From Thermoanaerobaculia bacterium (GTDB taxonomy: Bacteria > Acidobacteriota > Thermoanaerobaculia > UBA5066 > Gp7-AA6), in contig JBBRDK010000005.1 in NCBI GenBank assembly GCA_038203955.1, positions 6,401 through 70,400 on the forward strand: 64,000 nt of DNA. Direction: 5' to 3'. A program made the position numbers and the translations under genes. This document shows positions 9,816 through 20,300 of this stretch, one piece after another; position 1 is the stretch's first letter, and each line of letters starts with the position of its first letter. Below the pieces are notes generated by a model, which made no database searches, was not told the DNA's origin, and saw only the letters and a list, made by a program, of their open reading frames with translations.

Positions 9816-9830
9816 GGGGAAAGGGAGTGA

Positions 9831-9928
9831 TCAGTTGTCAGTAGTCAGTTGTCAGTAGTCAGTAGTCAGTTGTCAGTTGTCCGCTGGAGGCTCTGAGAAC
9901 TGAAAACTGAGAACTGAAAACTGACAAC
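9831..9928. repeat. Heptamer arrays TCAGTWG x7 (9831-9879) and TGARAAC x5 (9894-9928), imperfect inverted pair
   Basis: Read directly, between the stop of the GreA-like gene and the MerR promoter. Confidence 0.85.
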
Positions 9929-9933
9929 TCACT

Positions 9934-11997
9934 TCAGCGCGTCCACGGCTCGATCGAGACGATCTCCGCCGGAGTGCCCGAGAGGCCGACGCGTTCTCCG
10001 GGGCGGCGGCCGAGGAGTCCCTGAGCGAACTCGGATTGGTACGAGTAGACGTTGTCTTCGGGTTTGGAGTCCCACGGCCCGAGGATGACCGCGACGCGCT
10101 CCGCGCCTCCCTCGAGCTCCCGCAGGCGCACGCGCGTGCCGACGCGCACCTCCGAGACGTCGATGCGCGCCGGGTCGAGCGCGCGCGTGCGTGAGAGCTC
10201 GTCGGAGAGCGCAGCGATACGCGCCGACAGATATTCGTGTTTCTGGCGCGCCGACTGGTATTCGAAGTTCTCCCGCAGGTCCCCATGCTCCTTCGCGGTC
10301 CGCATCGCCTCGGCGTTGGCCGGAAGCTCGACCTGCTTCAAGTGCGTGAGCTCTTTGCGGCGGCCTTCGATCGCCTGGGCGGTTCCATAGAGGTAGTCCA
10401 CCGCCGGAGCGCGCAGCTCCGGATACGCCATCAGGAGAGCGTCACGCACGACGGACCGGCGATGCTCCTCGAGCCCGCTCGCGCGAGTGAGCGCGGCGAG
10501 GAAGTCCCGGGCCTCCGTCTCGCCGGCGGCGCGGACGAGACGGACCGCCAGTCCCCCGGGCTCGAAGAACTCCTTCAGCCGCGAGCGGAGGCCGGAAAAG
10601 TCGTCCTGTCTCAGCGCGTCCACAAGGACGAGGAACAGCCCGGGCGGAGCGGGAAGCTCCTCGTCCTGAATCCGGTCGCACAGCCAGACGAAGGCGCGGG
10701 GCGCCAGCCGCGGGGAACGCAGGATCCGCCGCACGATCTCGTCCCGCTTCTCGGGCGCCGCTGCGAGCTCGCGGTAGAGAAACGTGAGAACGCGGGAGTC
10801 GTCTTCGCGGTGGAACTGGTCGGCGAAGATTTCCGCCCACCGGGGGAGCCCGCGGAGAGCTTCGAGGGCGCGCTCGCGCGCTCCTGAGTCGTGAATCTTC
10901 AGAAGGAGAGGCCCCGGATCCCCGGCGGCGGCGAGCGCTTCTGCATTGAAGGCCTCGGCCTCGCCGGGCACGAGGCGGACCGCGGCCTGCGAGAGCTCCC
11001 AGGCGAGGGCCGGGTCATCCTCCGCGGCGGCGGACGCCCGCGCGGAGAGGACTCCCGCGAACTCTCGAGCCAGGGCCTTCGACCTCTTCCCGTTCTTGCG
11101 CGCGAGGTCGATCTGCCGGCGGGGATCCGCGGCGTGGAAGGCGGCGCGGATCGAGTCGTCGGCCGAGGCGGCGCTGTCCGACCAGCTGACGCGCGCCGAC
11201 CGCGCCGCGCCGGCGACCAGAAGCTGCGGGTGCTTCCTGGCGGCGGTCCAGAACGAGGTCCATCGCGCCTCGTCCACGAGACCGCTCAAATGCTCCTTGA
11301 CTTCACTGACGGTCAAGGCACGCCCGAAGCTGGCGAGGAGGCGACGGACGCTCTCGGACGGTTCGGAGGCGGCCAGAGCGCGCATCTCTTCCGGACGCTC
11401 GAGCTTGTCGCGCAGAAAGTGACCCTCGGGCAGCCTCGTCAGGGTCCGCTCCGCGGAGACGAGCGACAGTGGGAGGCGGGTGCCCCCGATCTCGAGGCGC
11501 AGGACGTCGAGCCCCGGATTCATTTCGACGATACGGCCGGGCCCGCGTCCCGGAAGGAAGTGGATCTGCCCCGGCGCGAACTGGAGCCAGCGCTCGACCT
11601 TGCCCGCGGCCGCGGCCGGATCGGGAGGGACGACCGGATGCTTCGCGAGGACAGCCGTGAGCGAGGGGTGTCCGGGGAAGCGCTCCTTCAACGCCGCCTC
11701 GAGCTCGGGGCGGACGGCAGGGTCCGTCGGAGCGATCCGGGCGATCTCGAGCAACACCTTGAGCTTGCGCTCGCGCTCGCCTTTTCCCCCGAGCTCGTCG
11801 GCGAGAAGCCGCAACCAGCCGACGGCGCCCGCGACGTTCCCCTTCTTCTTGACGGCCGAAGCGACGGAAAAGAAGAGCGGAAGGTCGGTCGAGTCCACCT
11901 CCATGAGACGAACCCAGCGGTCCTCGAGCTCCGCAAACTTCTTGTGTTCGATGAGGCTGGCGATGTCCTCGGGGAGATTGGGGTCGGATGTCGGCAC
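9934..11997 (-). CDS. Long GreA/GreB-family protein (about 530-aa N-terminal extension plus GreA coiled-coil and C-terminal domain)
   Basis: C-terminal AKEHGDLRENFEYQSARQKHEYLSARIAALSDEL (Gre coiled coil), then VRVGTRVRL...VAVILGPWDS (Gre C-terminal domain). Confidence 0.75.
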   Translation of the reverse strand: MPTSDPNLPEDIASLIEHKKFAELEDRWVRLMEVDSTDLPLFFSVASAVKKKGNVAGAVGWLRLLADELGGKGERERKLKVLLEIARIAPTDPAVRPELEAALKERFPGHPSLTAVLAKHPVVPPDPAAAAGKVERWLQFAPGQIHFLPGRGPGRIVEMNPGLDVLRLEIGGTRLPLSLVSAERTLTRLPEGHFLRDKLERPEEMRALAASEPSESVRRLLASFGRALTVSEVKEHLSGLVDEARWTSFWTAARKHPQLLVAGAARSARVSWSDSAASADDSIRAAFHAADPRRQIDLARKNGKRSKALAREFAGVLSARASAAAEDDPALAWELSQAAVRLVPGEAEAFNAEALAAAGDPGPLLLKIHDSGARERALEALRGLPRWAEIFADQFHREDDSRVLTFLYRELAAAPEKRDEIVRRILRSPRLAPRAFVWLCDRIQDEELPAPPGLFLVLVDALRQDDFSGLRSRLKEFFEPGGLAVRLVRAAGETEARDFLAALTRASGLEEHRRSVVRDALLMAYPELRAPAVDYLYGTAQAIEGRRKELTHLKQVELPANAEAMRTAKEHGDLRENFEYQSARQKHEYLSARIAALSDELSRTRALDPARIDVSEVRVGTRVRLRELEGGAERVAVILGPWDSKPEDNVYSYQSEFAQGLLGRRPGERVGLSGTPAEIVSIEPWTR

Positions 11998-12025
11998 GAA
12001 CGCTCATCTTAGCCGAGAACGAAAT

Positions 12026-12192
12026 CTCTCCACCCCAACCCTCTCCTGAGCCCGGGGAGAGAGGGGAAGAGGCCGCGCGTCCACCTCAGTGGCGGATGCT
12101 GCGGGAGCGTGAGCGAGCGCAGCGAGCGGAAGCGACGAGAGATTCCCCTCACCCCAACCCTCTCCCCGCGCCCGGGGAGAGGGAGGAGAGGC
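12026..12192. repeat. Two direct copies of a hairpin REP-like element (12026-12072 and 12145-12192)
   Basis: CACCCCAACCCTCTCC-N-CCCGGGGAGAGRGG, with an internal CTCTCC/GGAGAG stem. A third, inverted copy lies at 16851-16897. Confidence 0.75.
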
Positions 12193-12203
12193 TCGCGGGG
12201 TAC

Positions 12204-13208
12204 CTAGTTTCTTGCGGAGCGTTTCTCGGCCAGCGAGCGCAGGACGCTCGACGGCAGAGTTCCGCTCACGGTGACGGCATCTCCGTCGCTGTCGATCTTG
12301 AACCGGCGGAGAACCGAGACGAGCTCGGGAGACTTCTCCTGGACCGCCAGCCGCCACATGGCGACGACGCCCCTCAGCGAATCTTCGAGCAGCTGCCTCG
12401 TCTCCGCGTCGGCGGAGACTCCGCTCGCGGTCACGGAGAGGTCATCGGCATGGACGGCGGCCTGGAACGAAAAGAGCGTGACGGATTTCATCGCTCCCAT
12501 GAGCGCGGTCGCCGCCTCGCTGCCGCCGTTCCCCCCGCCCGAGCGCCCGAGACCCTTCTGGATCGCCGGGTAACGCGTCACGTCGACGAGCGCCCACATC
12601 GACGAGCCCCGGTCGATTCTGGAGAGCTGCCGTCCGAGACCGATGCCGGAGGAGAAGGTCGTGCCGCCGCCCGCGCGAGCCGCCAACGCCGCCTGGACGG
12701 CGGGCTCGCTTCCGGCGACGAGGAGCCTCGGGGAAACAAACGCGACCGCGCCTCGCCCGTTGTGCCGGCTGGAGGCGGAGGCGTTCTCGGGAGTGAGCCA
12801 GTAGTCGCCGGACGATCCGGACACGCGGCTCGCTCCCCGGGTCTGCGCGGCCGAGGCGAGGCGGTCCGGATCGAAGCGGCCTTCGAACAGCGCGAGGACG
12901 TTCGTGGACGTGGCGCCCAGAGGCGAGAGACCGACGATCACCACCGTGTCGACGTCCTCGCGGGGCTTCAGGTTCGCTTCGTTCATGAAACGCGCGGCTT
13001 CTCCGTTGGCGTTCATGTGATCGGCGTCTGAAAATAGCTTGCTCGCCAGCGGCGTCGAGCGCAGCTCGTTGAACCGGACGACGGCGACGGACGCCGCGTC
13101 GGAAGGAACGAGAGACAGCGCGTCGTCGGAGGATCGCGTCGCGGCGGGAGCGGCGGCGGCCGCGGCGAGGAAAAAAGCGAGGACCGCGAAAGCGCGGTGC
13201 GTCTTCAT
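12204..13208 (-). CDS. Secreted protein of unknown function, third gene of the ABC operon
   Basis: MKTHRAFAVLAFFLAAAAAAPA signal peptide. The start at 13208 lies 1 nt after the permease stop. Confidence 0.6.
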   Translation of the reverse strand: MKTHRAFAVLAFFLAAAAAAPAATRSSDDALSLVPSDAASVAVVRFNELRSTPLASKLFSDADHMNANGEAARFMNEANLKPREDVDTVVIVGLSPLGATSTNVLALFEGRFDPDRLASAAQTRGASRVSGSSGDYWLTPENASASSRHNGRGAVAFVSPRLLVAGSEPAVQAALAARAGGGTTFSSGIGLGRQLSRIDRGSSMWALVDVTRYPAIQKGLGRSGGGNGGSEAATALMGAMKSVTLFSFQAAVHADDLSVTASGVSADAETRQLLEDSLRGVVAMWRLAVQEKSPELVSVLRRFKIDSDGDAVTVSGTLPSSVLRSLAEKRSARN

Positions 13209-13209
13209 G

Positions 13210-14064
13210 TCAGAAATCCTTTCTGGAAAACAGCCAGCAGGCGAGCATGAGCGTAGCAATTCCAAAGAGCGCGGTCGAGCCGTAGACGGCCAGAAGGTTC
13301 ATGTCCCCGATTCCCCGGAACGCCTGGTTTCCCGCGACGTGAGCGACGGTCGCGCGGCCGAGCTGCGCCGTCTTCGGAAAGATCCAGTAGAGCCCCTCGA
13401 CGAGCTTCGCGGCCCAGTCCTTGGACATCGCCGCCGAGATGCGGGAATGCGCGGACAGGATCGCCGAGAAGAAGAATATGGCGTAGGTCGCCATCAGCGA
13501 GACGCCGGTGGACGACGTCACGACCCCGACCAGGAACGCGAAGGCGAGCAGGGTCGCGATGGTGAAGAGAATCGACAGGCCCGCGAGAAAAAAGCGTCCG
13601 TGAACGACGTGCGTCTTCCACACGATGATGAGCCAGAGCGAGCCGATCAGATAGAGAAGGTTTGCCGCCGCCAGCAGCAGGCCCGCCGTGTAGCGCGAGA
13701 GCAACAGCGGGACCCGGCCGACGGGCCGCGAGAGGTACAGATCGATGGTGCCCTTCTCCTGCAATCGGGGAACGAGGTGCGCGGTGGCGAAGAGCGCGAG
13801 AAAGGTTCCCACGAGATACAGGAAGCCGGAGAAGCCCGATTCGAAACCGAGCACCAGGCGATCGATGTCGACCGAGCTCCGGCCGATCTCGACCGACTGC
13901 CCGAAGAGCTTGGCGCCCGCGAGAGCGCCGTTGACGATATCGAGGTTCACGGCGGTCGCGAAAAGGAGGATGAAGAGGGTCGAGAGGGTGAAGTAGGCCA
14001 CGAGCGTCCAGCGCGCCGCAGCTTCCCGGAAGACCTCCTCGACGCTGGCGGCGAGCGCTCTCAT
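13210..14064 (-). CDS. ABC-2-type transporter permease
   Basis: About 6 predicted TM segments. 4-nt overlap with the ATPase gene. Confidence 0.75.
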   Translation of the reverse strand: MRALAASVEEVFREAAARWTLVAYFTLSTLFILLFATAVNLDIVNGALAGAKLFGQSVEIGRSSVDIDRLVLGFESGFSGFLYLVGTFLALFATAHLVPRLQEKGTIDLYLSRPVGRVPLLLSRYTAGLLLAAANLLYLIGSLWLIIVWKTHVVHGRFFLAGLSILFTIATLLAFAFLVGVVTSSTGVSLMATYAIFFFSAILSAHSRISAAMSKDWAAKLVEGLYWIFPKTAQLGRATVAHVAGNQAFRGIGDMNLLAVYGSTALFGIATLMLACWLFSRKDF

Positions 14065-15017
14065 GAAGGCTCCTTCGGCCCGGCATCGGGAGAGGGAGGG
14101 GCGATCAGGTCGACGAACACGTCTTCCAGGCTCGCGCGCAGCGGCGACAGCTCCTCGAGGAGGGCGCCCCGCGCCCTGACTCGGTCGACCGCGGCATTCA
14201 GCTGGACGAGGTCGCGCGTGGACAGCTCGAGGTGCCCGTTCACCCTCGTCACTTCGGAGCCGGTCTCCCGCAAAGAGGCCAGGAGAGCGTCATCGATCGG
14301 CGAGACGGCCATCCGATACCGGGCGGTCTGCGCCGTCAGCTCCGCGATCGTCCCCTGCGCGGCGATCCGCCCGGCGCGCAGCACCGCCACGCGGTCGCAG
14401 GTCCGTTCGATCTCCGACAGCAGGTGGGAGTTGACGAGAATGGCCCGGCCGCGGTCGGCCTCTTCCCGGAGGAGATCGCGGATTTCCCGGCGTCCAACGG
14501 GATCGACGCCGTCCGTCGGCTCGTCGAGCAGAAGGACCTGTGGATCGTGGACAAGCGCCGCGGCGAGTCCGAGGCGCTGCGTCATTCCCTTGGAGAACTT
14601 CTTCACGCGAACGTCGCGCCAGCTCGCAAGCCCCACGCGGTCCAAGAGCGGTTCGATGCGGCGCCGAAGCGCCGGCCCGTCCACTCCGGACATGCGGCCG
14701 AAGATCGCGAGCGTCTCCCGCGCCGTCAGATACCCCGGGAAGCGGTGCCCCTCCGGCAGGTAGCCGACGCGGCGCCGGCTTTCCGGATTCCCGACGGGGA
14801 TCCCGAAAAGGCGGGCTTCGCCCGACGTCGCCCGCGTCAATCCGAGCAGGATCTTGACCGTCGTCGTCTTGCCGGCGCCGTTCGGGCCGAGAAGGCCGAA
14901 CATCTCGCCCGGGCGGACGTCGAGGTCGAGCCCGTCCAAAGCGAGCACCGTGCGCCCTTTCAGACCCGACCGATAGGCCTTGCGCAGGCCTCTCGCTTCG
15001 ATGGGAAGAGCGCTCAT
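14061..15017 (-). CDS. ABC transporter ATP-binding protein
   Basis: Walker A GPNGAGKTT, signature FSKGMTQR, Walker B LLLDEPTDGVD. Confidence 0.9.
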   Translation of the reverse strand: MSALPIEARGLRKAYRSGLKGRTVLALDGLDLDVRPGEMFGLLGPNGAGKTTTVKILLGLTRATSGEARLFGIPVGNPESRRRVGYLPEGHRFPGYLTARETLAIFGRMSGVDGPALRRRIEPLLDRVGLASWRDVRVKKFSKGMTQRLGLAAALVHDPQVLLLDEPTDGVDPVGRREIRDLLREEADRGRAILVNSHLLSEIERTCDRVAVLRAGRIAAQGTIAELTAQTARYRMAVSPIDDALLASLRETGSEVTRVNGHLELSTRDLVQLNAAVDRVRARGALLEELSPLRASLEDVFVDLIAPPSPDAGPKEPS

Positions 15018-15119
15018 GCCTCCCTATAACGAAAAAAAACCCTCAAAGTTCCCGGGGGGGCGTTCCGGTCGGGCTCCGCGCCACTTGGCCCGGGGCTTGC
15101 GGAGACGCCTGCGGACAGA

Positions 15120-16739
15120 ATGGCGAAGACTTCCAGAAAGAGGCCCGCGACCGGGCGTAGCGGGCGATTCCCGCGACGCGCGCTCTGGCTCTGGATCGTC
15201 GGGGGCGTGTTCCTCCTGGTGCTCCTCCTGGCGTGCGGAGCGTCCGTGGCGCTCCACCGCATCCTGACGACCGGAAAGATCAGGCAGTGGGCCAATAAGG
15301 AGCCCGAGAAGCTCCGGATCGAGTACGCGTCGGCATCCGGGTGGGTTCCCTGGGACATTCACGTGACGGGCTTCGAGCTGCGCAATCGCGACCCGAACGT
15401 CGAGTTTTACTTCCGCCTGGACGACGCACGGGTTTCTTTCTCCATCTTCGCCCTGCTGTCCCACGAGCTGCGCTTTACTCGCGTCCGGGGCTCGGGCCTC
15501 GATTACCGGCTACGAATCCGCCCCGATCCGACCCTCAAGGCGGAAGACCACTTCGCGGCCCTGCCGCAGATCCCCGGCTTTCCGGAGCGTCCCTTGGTCG
15601 CGCACGAGGACACGCCGTCGCAAAAATCCGAGGGGGGGCAGAAACCGGCTCCACCGGCGGTCGCTCCGCCCTCCACGCCCGCCTCGGCGCCGGCCTCCGA
15701 GCCGTCCTCCGAGTCGCGAGAGGACCGCTCCTCGCGCCCGTTCCGGCTGAAGTTCGACGACCTGCACATCGACGCAGTCCGGCAGGTCTGGATCGACATC
15801 TACCGGTACCGGGGGGCGGGGACTCTCGACGGATCCTTCGATCTCCTCCCGCGCCGCCACGCGCAGGTCGGCCCGGCGCGCCTCGCGCTCTCCGGCGACC
15901 TCACGCTCGGAAAGCACACGATCGCGCGCCACGCGGACTTCGAAGTCAACGCTGTCATCGCTCAGTTCGATCCTCGCTCCGTCCGCGGCAACGCCGTCTG
16001 GCCGTTCATCACGGGGAGGATCCGGCTCGACGGGCCCCTCGCGGGTCTGGAGTTCCTGAATTACTTGATCGACGGCGAGCCGCGGCTTTCCGGCGGCGCC
16101 GGGACCGTGCGCCTCGCGCTCGCGGTCGAGAAGGGAATCGGAAAGGGCTCGCTCGCTCTCTCGAGCAAGGGCGTCCACGCCCGATACGCGAAGTCCGAAC
16201 TGCGGTCCGATGCGGCCTTTCGGATCAGGATCGATCCCTGGACCTTCGAGAAGGACCGCATCGACTTCTCCGGCTCGCACATCGAGCTCACCCATGCCGC
16301 CGAGGGCGGGACCGGCCCTGACTCCCGCTGGTGGGGCAAGTTCGATCTGCCTTCCGCGGACATCCAGCCGCACCGCGCGGCGGTTTTTCAGACGCGGGTG
16401 TCCCTGAACTGCCGCGACGCGCGGCCCCTCTTCACGCTCTTCGACACGGACCTGCCCGGATGGGCCCGCGGCATCCTGAAGCTCGAAGGGATCGAGGCGA
16501 CCGCCCGATTCGCCGCCGGCAAGTCCCTCCTCGAGATCGAGAAGCTCGACGCGAAGGGCGGATCCTTCCGCATCCGGGGGCACTACCGCGTGAAGAAGCC
16601 GGCGAAGACGGGGGCGTTTCTCGTCGAGACCGGCGTCCTCGCGGTGGGCCTGGAGATCGAAGGCCCGTCGTCGAAGTTGAAGCTGCTCGGGGCGAAGAGC
16701 TGGTACGAAGGACGGGAGGCGGAAGGCGGGAGGCGGTAG
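15120..16739 (+). CDS. Membrane-anchored protein of unknown function
   Basis: N-terminal TM helix ALWLWIVGGVFLLVLLLACG followed by a large beta-rich domain. The last codons (REAEGGRR*) are encoded by a GGGAGGC heptamer array. Confidence 0.6.
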   Translation: MAKTSRKRPATGRSGRFPRRALWLWIVGGVFLLVLLLACGASVALHRILTTGKIRQWANKEPEKLRIEYASASGWVPWDIHVTGFELRNRDPNVEFYFRLDDARVSFSIFALLSHELRFTRVRGSGLDYRLRIRPDPTLKAEDHFAALPQIPGFPERPLVAHEDTPSQKSEGGQKPAPPAVAPPSTPASAPASEPSSESREDRSSRPFRLKFDDLHIDAVRQVWIDIYRYRGAGTLDGSFDLLPRRHAQVGPARLALSGDLTLGKHTIARHADFEVNAVIAQFDPRSVRGNAVWPFITGRIRLDGPLAGLEFLNYLIDGEPRLSGGAGTVRLALAVEKGIGKGSLALSSKGVHARYAKSELRSDAAFRIRIDPWTFEKDRIDFSGSHIELTHAAEGGTGPDSRWWGKFDLPSADIQPHRAAVFQTRVSLNCRDARPLFTLFDTDLPGWARGILKLEGIEATARFAAGKSLLEIEKLDAKGGSFRIRGHYRVKKPAKTGAFLVETGVLAVGLEIEGPSSKLKLLGAKSWYEGREAEGGRR

Positions 16740-16958
16740 GGGGAGATCGGGAAACGGGAAACGGGAGCCGAGCGACTAGCGGGAGCGAGACGGCCGCGGT
16801 ACTCCGCTCGGGAATCGAAAGCTTCGAAAGACGCGAGGGCGAGGGCTGTTCCTCCTCCCTTTCCCCGGGGCGCGGGGAGAGGGTTGGAGTGAGGCGGAGT
16901 CGGCCTGGCCGCCTGCTCCCGCCGCTCCCGCCTCCCGCCTCCCGCCTGCCGCCTCCCG
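16714..16958. repeat. Composite nested repeat block filling the intergenic space
   Basis: The order is: GGRAGGC x4 (16714-16741), CGGGAAA x3 (16748-16768), 68-nt element copy E1 (16763-16820), REP-like hairpin (16851-16897), then CCGCCTC-type x6 (16911-16958). The outer arrays are reverse complements of each other. Confidence 0.8.
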
Positions 16959-17292
16959 TCAGCGCGCCGCTTCCACCACGACCGCCGTCCCGTACGCCAG
17001 AACCTCCGCGACTCCCTGCGCGATCTCGTTGGCGTCGTAGCATCGCGATCACGGCGTTGGCGCCGAGCTGCTCGGCGTGCTGGGCGAGGAGCTCGAACGC
17101 CTCCTCCCGCGTGTGCTCGCAGAGCTGCGTCCAGATGGTGATGTTGCCGCCGATCAGGCTCTGAAGCCCCGCCCCGATGGTGCCGATCACGCTCCGGGAG
17201 CGCACCGTAATGCCCCGGACGACGCCGAGACTCCGGACGACCCGGTATCCCGGCAGCTCCGCCGCCGTCGTGATGAAGGTCCGGTTCAGCAT
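16959..17292 (-). pseudogene. ybjQ: YbjQ/UPF0145-family protein, reading frame broken at ~17040
   Basis: N-terminus MLNRTFITTAAELPGYRVVRSLGVVRGITVRSRS...LGANAVIAM. The family C-terminus YDANEIAQGVAEVLAYGTAVVVEAAR* is in another frame and ends at the TGA at 16961-16959. The span is 334 nt (3n+1). Confidence 0.7.
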
Positions 17293-17333
17293 GACTCCTC
17301 CTTCTTCCCGGCAATTCTCCGGCGATTTCGTTT

Positions 17334-20300
17334 TCAGGGCGCGGCCGTCTCGACCTTGGGCGCGGGAACGACGCGCGGAATCTGGAGCGCGTCGGCGGCG
17401 CGGTTGAACTCCGCGACATCCCCTTCCATGAGGCGGTCGAACTCGCCCACGACCGCGACGAGGCGCGTCTTCAGCAGGTCGTAGTAACGGACGGAAGACG
17501 CGAGCGGCTTCGCGTCCGCGCTCGCGACGATCCCCGCGAGGTTGGTCAGGTCGTGGTCCAGCTTCGGCTCGAAGTTCAAGTCGTCTTCGTTGGCCTTGAT
17601 GTTCGGATTGATCAGTTTCTCCTCGACCGCCGTGAGCCTCGACGCGAGCGCCGCCGCCCGCTTCGACAGCGCGTCCCCCTTTCCGAGCCGCGCCGCGCGA
17701 TCGCCGAGCTCCTTCGCCTGGAGGCGCGCGTCCCGGATCTTCAGAACGGTCGCGTGCGTCTCGGAGAGCCGGTCCCGGATCGCGGTCAGGAGGTCGTACT
17801 GCGCCTTCAGGTCCGCCGCCGACGCGAAGCCTCCCGGGTGAGGCTCGACCACCGCCGTCTCCGTGAACGACTTTCCTCGGGCGGTCAGCCGCACCTGGTA
17901 GGAACCGGGGCCCACCTTCGGCGGCGTCTTTGTTCCCTCATTGAAAACCGCCTTCGGGACCAGGGTCGGCTTGAACACCCTCATGTCCCAGACGAATCGA
18001 TTCAGCCCGGCCTTCAGCTCGAGCGGCTTGTCGCGGTCCTTCTCCTCCTCTTCGCGCGCCGCCTGCTCCTTCAGGTCCCCGTCCTTCTCGGGCTTCTGGT
18101 TCGAGAAGGACCGGATGACCTTTCCCTCGGCGAGGATCTCGAGGACGACCTTCTCCCCCTTCGCGGGCTTTTCCGAGAGCCAGTAGTTGACGATCACCCC
18201 GTTGGGCAGGTTCGTCCCGACTCCCCGCAGCGGCTCGTCCTCCTCGTCCACGCGCTCGGTCTGCATGCGCACCGCCTTGCGCGGCGCGAAGAGTCGCGGG
18301 CCGGAAGCCGGCACACTTTCGTTCCATTGCCGCACCGGGGTCAGGTCGTCGAGGATCCAGAAGGCGCGGCCCTGCGTGGCGACGACGAGATCTCCGTTCT
18401 TGACCGTCAGGTCCGTGATCGGAGTCGCCGGGAGATTGCGCTGGAACGCGCGCCAGCCGGCGCCGTCGTCGAACGAGACGTAGAGGCCCGTTTCCGTGCC
18501 GGCGTACAGGAGTCCGCGGCGGGCGGGATCTTCCCGGACGACGCGCGTGAACGCGTCCCCCGGGATTCCCGTCACGATCTTCGTCCAGGTCTTTCCGTAG
18601 TCCTTCGTCCTGTAGAGGTAGGGAGCGAAGTCGTCGAACTTGTACATCGTGGCGGCGACGTAGGCGACGCCCTTTTCGTGCGGCGAGGCGTCGATCGCGT
18701 TGATCTGGATCCACTCCGGCATTCCCTTCGGCGTCACGTTCTGCCAGGTCTTTGCGCCGTCCCGCGTGACGTGAACGAGGCCGTCGTCGGAGCCGGCCCA
18801 CAGGATGCCCGGCTCGACCGGCGATTCGGAGATCGCGAAGATCGTGCCGTAGACCTCGACGCCGGTGATGTCCCGCGCGATCGGGCCGCCCGAATCCCCC
18901 TGCTTCGTCACGTCATTGCGCGTCAGATCCGGGCTCGCCTCCTCCCACGTTTCCCCCTCGTCCCGGCTGCGCAGGAGGATCTGCGACGCGTGGTACAGCG
19001 TCTTCTGATCGTGGCGTGAGATCAGAATCGGCGCGTTCCACTGGAACCGGTACTTCAAATCGCGCGTCGCGTGCCCGTCGGCGAGCTGCGGCCAGGATCC
19101 GATCTCGCGCGCCTGCCTCGTCCGGTGGTCGTACCGCGTGATCTGTCCGCCGTACTCCCCCGCGTACACCACGTCCGGATTCTTCAGGTCGGGCGCGATC
19201 CAGCCGCTCTCGCCCCCGCCCGCAGAGTGCCAGTCCGCCATGTCGATCGCCGCGCCGGTAACGCCGCTCGGAATGCAGACGTTCGAGTTGTCCTGCTGAG
19301 AGCCGTACACCCAGTAGGGGAACCGGTCATCGGTCGTGACCCGATAGAACTGTGCCGTCGGCTGGTTGTTCTGAGTGGACCACGTGCGCCCGCCGTTGAA
19401 GCTGATCGTCGCTCCTCCGTCGTTGCCGAGGATCATTCGGTTGGAGTCGTCGGGATCGATCCAGAGGTCGTGATGGTCTCCGTGGGGCGACGACAGATTC
19501 GAGAAGGTCTTGCCGCCGTCCGTCGAGCGGTGCAGGTTGACGTTGGGGAGATACACGGTGTCGGCATTTTTCGGGTCCGGGTAGACCCACGCGTAATACC
19601 AGGCGCGCTGGCGGATCTTGTGCTCGTCGTTGACGTGCTTCCACTTTTCCCCGCGGTCGTCGCTGACGAAGAGCCCTCCGCCGTCTTTCGCCTCGATGAA
19701 GGCGTAAACGCGTCCCGGCCGCGCCGCGGACGCCGCGACTCCCACCTTTCCCCACAGGCCGGAGGGCAGGCCCTCGGCCTCGATCTTCTTCCACGTGTCC
19801 CCGCCGTCCGTCGAACGATAGAGAGCGCTCGCGGGCCCGCCATCCACGAGCTCCCACGGGCGGCGGACGACCTGCCAGAACGCCGCGTAAAGAGTGCGCG
19901 GGTTCGATGGATCCATCGCGAGATCCGAGGCTCCGGTCTCGTCGTTCACGTAGAGCACCTTCGCCCAGGTGCGGCCGCCATCCCGGGACCGGTAGATGCC
20001 GCGGTCCGCGTTCTTTCCCCAGACGTGCCCCTGCGCCGCCACGTAGACGAGGTCGGGATCCGTCGGATGGACGCGCACGCGCGCGATCTGCCGCGTACCC
20101 TTCAGTCCCATCGACGTCCACGTCAGCCCGGCGTCGGTCGATTTGTAGACCCCGTCGCCGTGCGAAACGTTGCCCCGGATCGGGGCCTCGCCCATCCCGA
20201 CGTAGACGACATTCGGGTCCGACTCCGAGACCGCGATCGCGCCCACCGACCCCGTCTTGAAATCCTTGTCCGAGACCGCTTCCCAGTTCGAGCCGCCGTC

